Source: Sedimentisphaerales bacterium
GTDB taxonomy: Bacteria > Planctomycetota > Phycisphaerae > Sedimentisphaerales > Anaerobacaceae
Length of the DNA: 64,000 bases
Assembly: GCA_963708075.1 (NCBI GenBank)
Contig: OY970194.1
Coordinates: forward strand, 2,112,001-2,176,000
Direction of reading: 5' to 3'
Shown here: positions 34,423 to 43,700 of the stretch, in pieces
Layout of the letters: every line of letters begins with the position of its first letter
Numbering within the stretch: the stretch's first letter is position 1
The notes under the pieces: generated by a model
What the model saw: only the letters and a program-made list of their open reading frames with translations
Told to the model about the DNA's origin: nothing
The model's database searches: none
Program-made: the position numbers and the translations under genes

Positions 34423-34523
34423 TCGTTCTCGATACCCACATCTGGCTCTGGTGGGCACACTGTCCGCTCATCACATCTGACAGCAGAATTCTAACCTACC
34501 CCCACGTGAAGACGGTGGCATAG
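34419..34523 (+). pseudogene. vapC: VapC/PIN toxin with a large in-frame internal deletion
   Basis: 34 aa MIVLDTHIWLWWAH-CPLITSDSRILTYPHVKTVA: PIN N-terminus joined directly to the PIN C-terminus. Confidence 0.85.
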
Positions 34524-34842
34524 GGACCAAGCCGGATGCCGTGAGGCGTTTTCGTGGCGAGGCCGTCCCGGTCTTGCGTCTCGCCGGCATCTTGCCGGTG
34601 CTCCCTTGGCCCATCTTGGCCGACGAACAGCCCGACCTCCGCGTTCTCCGCACGTCGAATAATGAATAATGGATTCCGCTGAAGAAGCCTCGCAAATGGC
34701 AAAACTACCCGCGTTTTCGGGCCCACAAATGAGGGTAAGGAGGCCAAAAACAGGGCTTTCTCAGCGGAATCAACAATGAAGACACGGCCCCCTGATTTGC
34801 TTGAGGAGAATGTCTCACGCACCCTGGCCCGTCGTCGGGCTA

Positions 34843-35484
34843 TCACACTTGCCGGCGTAGTCTCAAACCGGCAGCCCCCAGCCCGAGCAACCCCAACAGG
34901 ACGGCGCCCGGAAGAGGGACGACAGAGCCAAACTGGGCGTTGTCGATTCCGGTGTTCTGGGTTTGCCCGCCCACGGCCGTCCAGCGAATGGAATCGATGA
35001 AGCTGCTCGAAGTCACTCCGAAGAAACCGATCGTGGTGTAGTTGACATTACTTAGAGTCGTGGTGGTCCACCCGTCACTGTTGTGGATCTGGAGTGTGAC
35101 GGGCCCCCAGCTATTGAGATACGTATCGAACCCCACCGCTGTGATGGACAGGCCAAGGGGGATGCTCACCACGAAGTCCTCGTTCCCGGTGGCCGTCATG
35201 ACATTGGCGCCCGCCGGAACAAGGGGGACGCCGAAGTTGGTGTAGGCGTTGTCCGTGACCCAGATGTTGCCCGTGGCATACGGCGCATAGGTGATTCCCT
35301 GGTTGGTGAACGAAGCCAATGCCGAGTCCTTGGGAGTCGCCGAGCTGAAGTTTTCCATGAAACTGATGGTTGTGTTCGCGGCGAACGAAGCACCATCCGC
35401 ATAGAACGTAAGGCCCGCGTGGGCCATGGCGGCAAACAGCAACAGTGCCGCAGAAGCGAAAACGCATCTTCTCATCACACTCAT
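34843..35484 (-). CDS. PEP-CTERM/VPLPA-CTERM exosortase-target protein
   Basis: Signal peptide; C-terminal VVPLPGAVLLGLLGLGAAGLRLRRQV; GGAGG RBS. Confidence 0.88.
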   Translation of the reverse strand: MSVMRRCVFASAALLLFAAMAHAGLTFYADGASFAANTTISFMENFSSATPKDSALASFTNQGITYAPYATGNIWVTDNAYTNFGVPLVPAGANVMTATGNEDFVVSIPLGLSITAVGFDTYLNSWGPVTLQIHNSDGWTTTTLSNVNYTTIGFFGVTSSSFIDSIRWTAVGGQTQNTGIDNAQFGSVVPLPGAVLLGLLGLGAAGLRLRRQV

Positions 35485-35579
35485 CCTCCACCCCCAGCGT
35501 TCAACTGATTGTCATACGGCTATCAGGAGAACTTGCACACTCTCCAACGGGCAGCGCCAAAAGGGCCGCGCTCTTATTA

Positions 35580-35609
35580 ATTCTACGCGTCACAAGGGGG
35601 GAATGTCAA
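35580..35609 (-). promoter_or_regulatory. Sigma70-like promoter of the PEP-CTERM gene
   Basis: TTGACA-N18-TAGAAT. Confidence 0.6.
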
Positions 35610-35800
35610 AGATTTTTTACGACGCGATTACACTTTTTTGGGTAATAACAGGCCCGGCCGCAAACGGCGGTTCCATAGCCGGTTGTTCGTGTCGGCAAAC
35701 CGCATTCCTGCCTCAAAAACGCGGATTTGGACGTCACCCGCAAAGGTCCATCATCTGCCTACGCATGTTATCGAGCCTCCTGCTACGGTCAAGCAGAGCG

Positions 35801-36023
35801 TGTAGGGTGGGTTCTCAACCCACGCGTCAAGAGACACTTCGCTCGAGTAACCACGTGGGTCAAGGACCCACCCTACGAGCTCATCCTCTCACGCCAGTTT
35901 GTACGCGATCTGTTCGTCGAGGATGTCTTTGACGGTCAGGGCGATGACGCTCTTGCCGGTCTTCTTGAAGAATGCTCCGATCTCGTGCAATGCATCCGTG
36001 CTGTAGTCGAACGCGACAAAGAA
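35801..36023. repeat. 223-bp direct repeat of 37174-37396 (REPIN plus the last 45 codons of the MTase gene)
   Basis: Offset 1373 bp; 6 mismatches, of which the 5 in coding sequence are all synonymous. Confidence 0.92.
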
Positions 36024-36279
36024 TTGCGGCCGAAAGCAGAGAAAGCACGGGACTGAGCAAGCCACCGGTTTTCACGGCAGGCACATGGAATCATCAAGAC
36101 ACAGACGCTTACGCCCAGGCGATCCAAGCAAAACAATTATTTGACTAAAGATGCGACCTCACAGTCCCCACGTTCTCCACACCTCGAATAATGAATAATG
36201 AAGACACGGCCCCATCATTTCGCCCATCCCCGTGTCGATGGCATGTAGGGTGGGTTCTCAACCCACGCGTAGAGGTCCA

Positions 36280-36831
36280 TTATTCTCCAGCCCCGAGATC
36301 GTCAAATTCATCTCTTCTGCTGAGCAGGGTTTGCGGACCATAGTAGCCTTCCCGCAGGTACCGGTGGTAGGTTGACCAAGGCCAGTCGCCTGGGTCCGTG
36401 ACCAAGGCGTGTTTGACCGGGTTGAAATGAATGTAGTTGACGTGCCTGCTGAGGTCGAGCTCGTCACGGATTCGGTGCTCCCAGAATCGACGTTGCCAGA
36501 TGGCAGCCTCATTTCGGTGTACGTGGGATGGATTGCGAATGGCGTCACGACCTCCGGCGCGGAGGTACTCGCGTGTGAAGACGGCCTTGATGGCCGCCCA
36601 ACGGCTGGAGAAATCGGCATCGTCGGGCGGCAGCTTCCAGATACAGTGCAGGTGTTCCGGAAGAAGATACCGAGCGACGATCTCAAATGGCTTGCGTTCC
36701 TGCACCGTCTGCCACGCATGACGTAGACAGGCTCTCGCCGCCTCCTCGGAGAAGATCCGATGCCTGTCGTAGGTCACGACGGTAAAGAAATAACAGCCGC
36801 CTGGAGAGTCGGCGCGCCGGTAGTGAGACAT
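36280..36831 (-). mobile_element. rayT: REP-associated tyrosine transposase (RAYT, HUH Y1)
   Basis: MSHYRR..PGGCYFFTVVT; LPEHLHCIW (HUH); IWQRRFWEH.IRDE; YIHFNPVKH; DWPWST; inverted REPs on both sides. Confidence 0.95.
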
Positions 36832-36879
36832 CTCGTGATCCTGCCGCAAAGTCACGCGTGGGTTGAGAACCCACCCTAC

Positions 36880-37249
36880 GAAGAACGCATGGGTGAAGAC
36901 TCATTCTGCACGCCTAATGACATCATCCGAAATGCTATCTATGTGAATGCAGGAACGCAAGCAATTCAGGTTGCGTGCCCCGCAGCCTTGTAGGGTGGGT
37001 TCTCAACCCACGCGTCAAGAGACACTTCGCTCGAGTAACCGCGTGGGTCAAGGACCCACCCTACGAAGAACGCATGGGTGAAGACTCATTCTGCACGCCT
37101 AATGACATCATCCGAAATGCTATCTATGTGAATGCAGGAACGCAAGCAATTCAGGTTGCGTGCCCCGCAGCCTTGTAGGGTGGGTTCTCAACCCACGCGT
37201 CAAGAGACACTTCGCTCGAGTAACCGCGTGGGTCAAGGACCCACCCTAC
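36880..37249. repeat. 185-bp tandem duplication (36880-37064 and 37065-37249): 110-bp spacer plus REPIN
   Basis: Units identical by eye; each spacer carries TTGCGT-N17-TAGCAT on the minus strand, pointing at rayT. Confidence 0.92.
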
Positions 37250-37261
37250 GAGCTCATCCTC

Positions 37262-38773
37262 TCACGCCAGTTTGTACGCGATCTGTTCGTCAAGGATGTC
37301 TTTGACGGTCAGGGCGATGACGCTCTTGCCGGTCTTCTTGAAGAATGCTCCGATCTCGTGCAGAGCGTCCGTGCTATAGTCGAACGCGACAAAGAACCCC
37401 TTCGTGCGGTCCTCGCGCATCATCACCGCTTCGAAGGAGTCAATGTCGGGCCGGCCGACCTTGTCTTTCTGCTTGACCTGGATGGGGTACCAGACGTCCA
37501 TGAAGTCGAGTTGGCCCTCGCTCTTCTTCGGCGTCGCTGAGACCGGGTAGATTCGCCCGTCGATGCCCATGTCTCCGACCTGGGCCTTGTTGGGAATGCC
37601 GCCCAGCGCGATGACGGCCCAGTTCTCAAATTCAAACGGCGGAATCTTGCGCAACTGCTCTTCGCTCCACGGCAGGTCACGAACCACAAAGCCCCGCCCA
37701 AGCCGCCAGAGCTTCTCATCCTCTTTCACGCCACAGATGTCCCGCAGCCGCTTAGCCATTACCCGGCAGGCGGTTGGCGAGATGTCAATACCGATCCATT
37801 GACGCCCCAGGTTCTCTGACGCCACCAATGCGGTGCCACAGCCACAGAACGCATCCAAGAGGACATCGTTGGGTCTGGAACTCGTGTTGATGATGCGCTC
37901 AAGCAATTGGAGAGGCTTCTGTGTCGGATACCCAAGCGACTCCTTAGCCTGTGAGTTTATGGGGTTGATATCATCCCAGACACTTCCAACCGGAAGGCCC
38001 TTGGATTCATCGAGATATCGCTTATATCGGGGAGTTCTGCCACCTGGTGGAATCGCGACTCGTCCCTCCTTAATGAATTGCTCCATCTTCTCCTGACTGT
38101 ATCGCCAGTAGCCGTCAACTCCGAGAACTACGTAATGAGGATTGCCCTTGGAGGGCGCGGCACCACCGGGTGCGCGGAGGTCACCCCATTGAAAGCGTCG
38201 CCCATTTTCATCCGTCTGCGAGTAATGCGATTCGATGTAGGATGGGTCCAGCGGAGAGTATTGCTGGTTCCAGGTATAGTCGTCCGATTTGGTGTAAAGA
38301 AACAATGTGTCGTGAAGGCGACCGAAGTGTCGGCTTCCTTGCTTGGCGTCGTTGTGGGAGGTTTGTCGCTTCCAGACGACCTCGTTTATAAACGCGTTCT
38401 CTCCGAAGATCTGGTCGAGCATGACTTTGACGTAGTGGCTCGCGTGCCAGTCACAGTGGTAGTAGAAGGAGCCGGTCTTCTTGAGGACGCGGTGGAGCTC
38501 GACGCAGCGCGGACGCATGAAGTCGATGTAGGCGGCGGTGGAGGCGTGGCGGTCCTCGAAGGCGCGTTTCTCCTTCGTCTCGCCCCAGAAGACCTCGTAG
38601 TTGCGATTGGAGTTGAAGGGCGGGTCGATGTAGACCAGGTCCACGCATTCATCGGGCAGCTTGCTCAACTGGTCGAGATTGTCGCCGCAGTAGATGACTC
38701 GGGTATCGACCAGCGCCGAGGGCTTGCCGCCCGCCGGGACTTTTTCAGACTCTCGCGCATCTTTCTTTGTCAT
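37262..38773 (-). CDS. Beta-class N4/N6 DNA methyltransferase fused to a C-terminal Mrr-like PD-(D/E)xK nuclease domain
   Basis: LVYIDPPF; YPTQKP..LLERII; DAFCGCGT; C-terminal FEFENWA..GDMGIDG..IQVKQ. Confidence 0.9.
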   Translation of the reverse strand: MTKKDARESEKVPAGGKPSALVDTRVIYCGDNLDQLSKLPDECVDLVYIDPPFNSNRNYEVFWGETKEKRAFEDRHASTAAYIDFMRPRCVELHRVLKKTGSFYYHCDWHASHYVKVMLDQIFGENAFINEVVWKRQTSHNDAKQGSRHFGRLHDTLFLYTKSDDYTWNQQYSPLDPSYIESHYSQTDENGRRFQWGDLRAPGGAAPSKGNPHYVVLGVDGYWRYSQEKMEQFIKEGRVAIPPGGRTPRYKRYLDESKGLPVGSVWDDINPINSQAKESLGYPTQKPLQLLERIINTSSRPNDVLLDAFCGCGTALVASENLGRQWIGIDISPTACRVMAKRLRDICGVKEDEKLWRLGRGFVVRDLPWSEEQLRKIPPFEFENWAVIALGGIPNKAQVGDMGIDGRIYPVSATPKKSEGQLDFMDVWYPIQVKQKDKVGRPDIDSFEAVMMREDRTKGFFVAFDYSTDALHEIGAFFKKTGKSVIALTVKDILDEQIAYKLA

Positions 38774-38853
38774 AGTGCACCAGTGTAAACCCGGGTGGGC
38801 GTTTTGCAAGCCCTATGCGGATTCCGGCGGCCCTCAGGCGCCATCAAATCATC

Positions 38854-38933
38854 TCGCGCAGAGACGCAGAGACGCGGAGAACGGCAGGATGGAATCACGT
38901 TTCTTTACTCTGCGTCCCTGCGCCTCTGCGCGA
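38854..38933. repeat. 26-bp inverted repeat of CGCAGAGA units, followed by a ~98-bp tandem REP-bearing unit (to 39106)
   Basis: TCGCGCAGAGACGCAGAGACGCGGAG pairs with CTCTGCGTCCCTGCGCCTCTGCGCGA (3 mismatches). Confidence 0.8.
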
Positions 38934-39377
38934 TACATAATTCTCCCCGGACTACGCGTGGGTTGAGAACCCACCCTACGGGGAGTCGGTGTGCGATGCA
39001 CACCCTACGTCCTCTCTGCGTCCCTGCGCGATCCATAATTCTTCCTGGGCTACGCGTGGGTTGAGAACCCACCCTACGGGGAGTCGGTGTGCGGTGCACA
39101 CCCTACGCGGGTTCGGGCTTCCTTGGGACCGGCAATTGGGCGCCGGGAGCCCGGTCGGAGGGGTGTCTCACTTTCGGTCGAATTTCGCACGATTTGCGCG
39201 CCGGTTTAGTTGGGGAAATGGGTGCTGCGCGAGATTTTTTTTATTTCATTTGGGGCAAGGGGTTACGGGAATCCGGAGGAGGCGGGCGGATCACTTTTTT
39301 CGACCAAAGCGCACACTTTCGTCCCATTGTGGAGGGACGCATTTGTGCGCCGGCGTCCCTTCGAGCCCGGCCAGTTT

Positions 39378-39481
39378 GTAGTGTGCCCGTAAGGGCATTC
39401 GGTAGCGTGGGCATCTTGCCCGTGATCCTTGGTCATGGGCGCTCGCGCCCATGCTACTCAAACGCCTTACGGCGTCACTAC
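39378..39481. repeat. Nested REPIN-like element (family C)
   Basis: Outer GTAGTG..CCGTAAGG / CCTTACGG..CACTAC; inner GTAGCGTGGGCATCTTGCCCGTG / CATGGGCGCTCGCGCCCATGCTAC. Confidence 0.7.
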
Positions 39482-39551
39482 GAACGGGCTTGGCATTGCC
39501 AACTGAGATGAAAACGGGTGAAGGTTGAGAAAGGCGAGAGGGAATGACGGT

Positions 39552-40391
39552 ATGAGACCAAGAAGCAGAGTGCAGCAAGGCGCCGCGCAGAATCCGGACA
39601 TCGCTGACCGGCAACCAACAACCAGGGACGAACAACCAGCAGCCGACCCGCCGGTGATGCCATGTTGCGGGAGTTGCGTTTATGCGGTGGCGTTGCAGGA
39701 TGCCGAGCGACAACTGCTGGTGTGCACGGATCGGCCGGGGGTGCCGGGACAATTGTCGATTGTCCAGCCGTGCGAGGTGTGCCGGAGGTTCAGAAAGAGG
39801 CGAGAGAAGATCGTTCGGCTGGAGCCGCCTGAGCCGCCGAGTGACGATGTCCGCTATATCCCGCTGACGCGGGGCAGGTTCGCCATTATCGATGCGGCCG
39901 ACTATGAGCGGGTCAGCCGGCACAAGTGGTGCGTGACAGGCTCCGGGCGACGGGTGTATGCGTGCCGCAGTGTCAACGGCAAGCAGGTCTCCATGCACCG
40001 GTTCCTCATGAATCCGCCGAAGGGGATGGTCGTGGACCACATCGACGGCGACCCCCTGAACAACCGCCGGAGCAATCTGCGCATTTGCACGGTGCAGCAG
40101 AATATCTGGAACAGCCAGCCCAAGGGCAAAAGCTCGCAGTACAAGGGCGTGTGCAGGGACAAGGACAAGAGGAAATGGGTGGTGCACGTTTGCCACAACG
40201 GGCACAACTGGTATATGGGCCGGTTCGAGCTGGAGATCGACGCCGCCCGGGCCTACGACCGCAAGGCCTTCGAGCTCTTCCGCGAGTACGCATGGCTGAA
40301 CTTCCCGGAGGAATATGGAATGTTTCCGCTTCGATCGCGTCTATGTAGGGGAACAGATGCCCGTAGGGGCGGGTTTGAAACCCGCCTGTAG
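39552..40391 (+). CDS. HNH endonuclease + AP2 domain protein with an N-terminal Cys-rich module (start may be 39657)
   Basis: IPLTRG.FAIIDAADYE; MHR..VVDHIDGDPLNNRRSNLR; SSQYKGV..G.F..E.DAARAYD..A.LNFP; CCGSC...C...CEVC. Confidence 0.88.
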   Translation: MRPRSRVQQGAAQNPDIADRQPTTRDEQPAADPPVMPCCGSCVYAVALQDAERQLLVCTDRPGVPGQLSIVQPCEVCRRFRKRREKIVRLEPPEPPSDDVRYIPLTRGRFAIIDAADYERVSRHKWCVTGSGRRVYACRSVNGKQVSMHRFLMNPPKGMVVDHIDGDPLNNRRSNLRICTVQQNIWNSQPKGKSSQYKGVCRDKDKRKWVVHVCHNGHNWYMGRFELEIDAARAYDRKAFELFREYAWLNFPEEYGMFPLRSRLCRGTDARRGGFETRL

Positions 40392-40409
40392 GAAACGCAC
40401 AGGGTCGGC

Positions 40410-40493
40410 GATTGCAGATTTCAGATTTGAGATTTGAGATTTTAGATGTGAGATGTGAGACGTGAGACGTGAGATTTGAGATTTGAGATTTCA
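40410..40493. repeat. Heptamer tandem repeat (GATTTGA-like, 12 units)
   Basis: GATTGCA GATTTCA GATTTGA GATTTGA GATTTTA GATGTGA GATGTGA GACGTGA GACGTGA GATTTGA GATTTGA GATTTCA. Confidence 0.9.
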
Positions 40494-40592
40494 GTTTTGG
40501 AGTTTTCGAGGGGGAGGGTGACTGGCATACGCAGTGCCGGATCCAAAGGGTGGGCCGAAGGTCCGAGAAGGCGTGACGAATTGGGTTTCACC

Positions 40593-40622
40593 TTGACGGG
40601 AGGGTGTCAAATCGGGTAAAAT
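40593..40622 (+). promoter_or_regulatory. Sigma70-like promoter of CotH-LTD paralogue B
   Basis: TTGACG-N18-TAAAAT; homologous to the paralogue A promoter. Confidence 0.65.
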
Positions 40623-40737
40623 GAGCGAAAAGCGGGTGCGGATGGGTCTGTCGGCCGCGTGGGACGGGCATGCATTGAGCAGCCCGCATACGGCGGGTTT
40701 CAAGCCCGCCTCTACTTCATATGGAAGAGGATGTAGC

Positions 40738-43700
40738 GTGGTGGCATCAAAGAGGTTTCCGTCGGTCGTCGTAACCATCGTGATATTCTGGCTTTGCGGA
40801 TGTCCCCTGGGACGCGTGGGGGATTGTACGGCGAGGGCGGCAGACTTGGCTGGGCCCATGGTCGTCATCAACGAGCTGCACGTCAATCCGGACGTCAAGA
40901 CCGAACTTGTGGAGTATGTCGAGTTGCATAACCCGGGGACGGCTAGTGTGGACCTGAGCGGATGGCGGCTGGATGGCGGGGTGTTCTACACGTTTGCGGC
41001 CGGGAAGGTACTGCCGGCGGGAGGCTACGTGATTGTGGCTGAGAATCCGACCCATATCCGCACCAAGTGGGGCGCGGGGCGGTTTCCCCTGTCATCGGGG
41101 CTCTTGTTCGGGCCGTACGGGGGCAAGCTGGGCAGCGATGGGGATCGGGTCGTGCTGTACGATGCGGCCGGGCAGGTCGTTGATGAGGTCGAGTACCAGC
41201 TCGGCTTCCCCTGGCCGACGGTGGGCGACCCGGTGCCCGAGACCAGCACGGGCACCGGATACTCGATGCAGTTGACGAATCCGCTGTTTGACAACAACCT
41301 CGGGGGCAGTTGGCGGTCCGCGCCGCCCACACCTGCGGCGGTCAATAGCCTGGTCTTTGCGGAGAACATTCCCCCGCAGATCCGGCAGGTGAGGCACTCG
41401 CCCAAGCAGCCGCAGGCCAACGAGGCTGTGACTGTCACGGCAAAAGTGACCGACCCGGATGGCGTCAAGACTGTCACGCTCATGTACCAGGTGGTGACGC
41501 CCGGCGCGTATATCAGCCGGCAGGACGCCCAGTACATCTCCAACTGGACCTCGATCAATATGCACGACGACGGGTTGGCCGGCGACATTGAGATGCTGGA
41601 TGGAATCTACACGGTCCAAGTGCCCGCGTCGGCCCAGAAACACCGGAACCTGGTCCGCTACAGGATTTCCGCGGCCGACAGCACCGGCAAGAGCGTGACC
41701 GTGCCATACGCCGACGACCCCCAGCCAAACTTTGCCTACTTCGTCTATGACGGCGTCCACGGCTGGAAAGGGGCCGCCAGACCGGGTGACACGGGGCAAC
41801 TCGGCCAGGTTGTGGAATACGGCCCGGAGGTGATGAACAGCCTGCCCATCTATCACCTCATCAGCAAGAAGTCGGACGTCGAGGCATGCATGTGGAAAGA
41901 GCAAATCCCGTACAACAGCCTGCAAGCGACCGTCTTCAAGTGGTACGGCACGCTCGTCTATGACGGCGAGGTCTACGACCACATCCGCTACCGCCTCCGC
42001 GGCGGCGTCTGGCGCTACGCCATGGGGAAGAACATGCTGAAGACGTCCCTGCAGAGGGGACATTATTTTCAGGCGAGGGATGATTACGGCAGGAAGTACG
42101 ATACAAAATGGGACACGATCAATTTCTCGGCGTGCATCCAGCAGGGCGACTATCAGCACCGGGGCGAACAGGGGATGTTCGAGGCTGCGGGGTTCAAGCT
42201 GTTCAACCTGATGGGCTGCCCCGCCGCCACGACGAACTGGGTGCACTTCCGCATCATCGACGAGGCCGCCGAGACCGGAGCGACCCAGTACGACGGCGAC
42301 TTCTGGGGCCTGTACATGACGATCGAGCAGATGGACGGCCGATTCCTGGACGAGCACAGCCTGCCCGACGGCAACCTGTACAAGATGGACAGCGGCGCTC
42401 CCGATGCCGGCCCCGGCGGCGGCTCGCTCAACAACCAGGGCCCCACCCAACCCAGCGACCACTCCGATCTCCTGGCGTTCGCCGGCGGCTACCGCAGCCG
42501 GCCGCAGGAGCCCTGGTGGCGGCAGAATGTCAGTCTCTCCCCTTACTACGGCTTCCGCTGCGTCGTCGAGGGCGTGCATCACGGCGACATGGAGAGCGGC
42601 AAAAACTGGTTCTTCTATCACGACCCCGTGACGAACCGCTGGACGATCATGCCCTGGGACCTCGACCTGACCTGGGCCAACAACATGTACGGCACCGGCG
42701 CGGATGAATTCACAAGGAGCAGCATCTTCTCCAACGCCAGTCTCCAGATCGAGTACCAGAACCGCCAGCGGGAGTTCATGGACCTGCTCTACAACAAGGA
42801 CCAGGGGTATCAGGTCCTCGACGATCTCGCGAGCATCATCGATCCCCCGACCGGCGGCCCGACCTTCGTCGGCGCCGATCGCGCCATGTGGGACTATAAC
42901 CCGATCATGAGGTCGAGCTACGTGGACCCGAGCAAGTCCGGACAGGGCCGCTTCTACCAGCGGGCCGCCACGAGGGACTTCCGCGGCATGGTGCAGATCA
43001 TGAAGGATTATATCACGTCGAGCAATCGCGAGTTCAACACGTACTCCGAGGACGCGCAGGCTCCGCAGACGCCCGTGGTCACGGCTACGGGCCCGGCGGG
43101 CTTCCCGCTGAATACCCTGGCATTCCGTGTAAACCCCTTCGCCGACCCGCAGGGAGCCGGCACATTCGCGGCCATGAAGTGGCGCATCGGCGAGGTGGCG
43201 GCCGGCTCGCAGGTCACAGCGCCCCCGCAGGGTTCCGGCGTCCTGCTCCTGCCCGACGGCGCCGCGTGGAAATACTTCAAAGGTCTGAGCGAGCCGTCTG
43301 CCACGCAGGGCGCATGGCGCGGCCTCAATTTCGACGACTCGCAATGGTTGACGGGCAAAACGGCTATCGGCTTCGGCACCAACGAGAACTTCATCGCGAC
43401 TACGCTCAGCGACATGCGAGGCAAATACAGCACAATCTACCTCAGAAATACCTTTGAGGTGGCCAGCCTCACCACCTTCGGCAACCTCATCCTTGAGGTC
43501 AGGCTCGACGACGGCGTCAACGTCTGGATCAATGGCAAGCTCGCTTACCAGGAGAACGTATCCTCGGCTGAAATACCTTACAACGGCCTTGCGACCGCCA
43601 ACATCGAGGAATGGACTTTTGGCCGACACGACCTCGGCGCACCCGCCACGTGGCTGGTGCGGGGCACGAACGTGATCGCCGTGCAGTTGCTCAACGGGTC

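Larger units (their letters stand above)
35802..39106. repeat. REP family A cluster, 12 copies: GTAGGGTGGGTTCTCAACCCACGCGT at 35802+, 36245+, 36879-, 36990+, 37175+, 38979-, 39077-; variant GTAGGGTGGGTCCTTGACCCAC at 35876-, 37064-, 37249-; variant GTAGGGTGTGCA(T/C)CGCACACCGAC at 39008-, 39106-
   Basis: GTAG tetranucleotide plus short hairpin; inverted doublets (REPINs) at 35802-35876, 36990-37064 and 37175-37249; the copies flank a RAYT gene. Confidence 0.95.

Noticed and set aside
35801..37396. Diversity-generating retroelement TR/VR pair at the MTase 3' end
   Set aside because: Mismatches are bidirectional and synonymous rather than adenine-specific, and no reverse transcriptase is present in the window
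35802..39106. CRISPR array
   Set aside because: Repeats alternate in orientation, begin with GTAG, have identical or irregular spacers, flank a RAYT, and no cas genes are present
32750..40738. Prophage or integrase-driven genomic island
   Set aside because: No integrase, structural phage genes, tRNA target or flanking direct att repeats were seen
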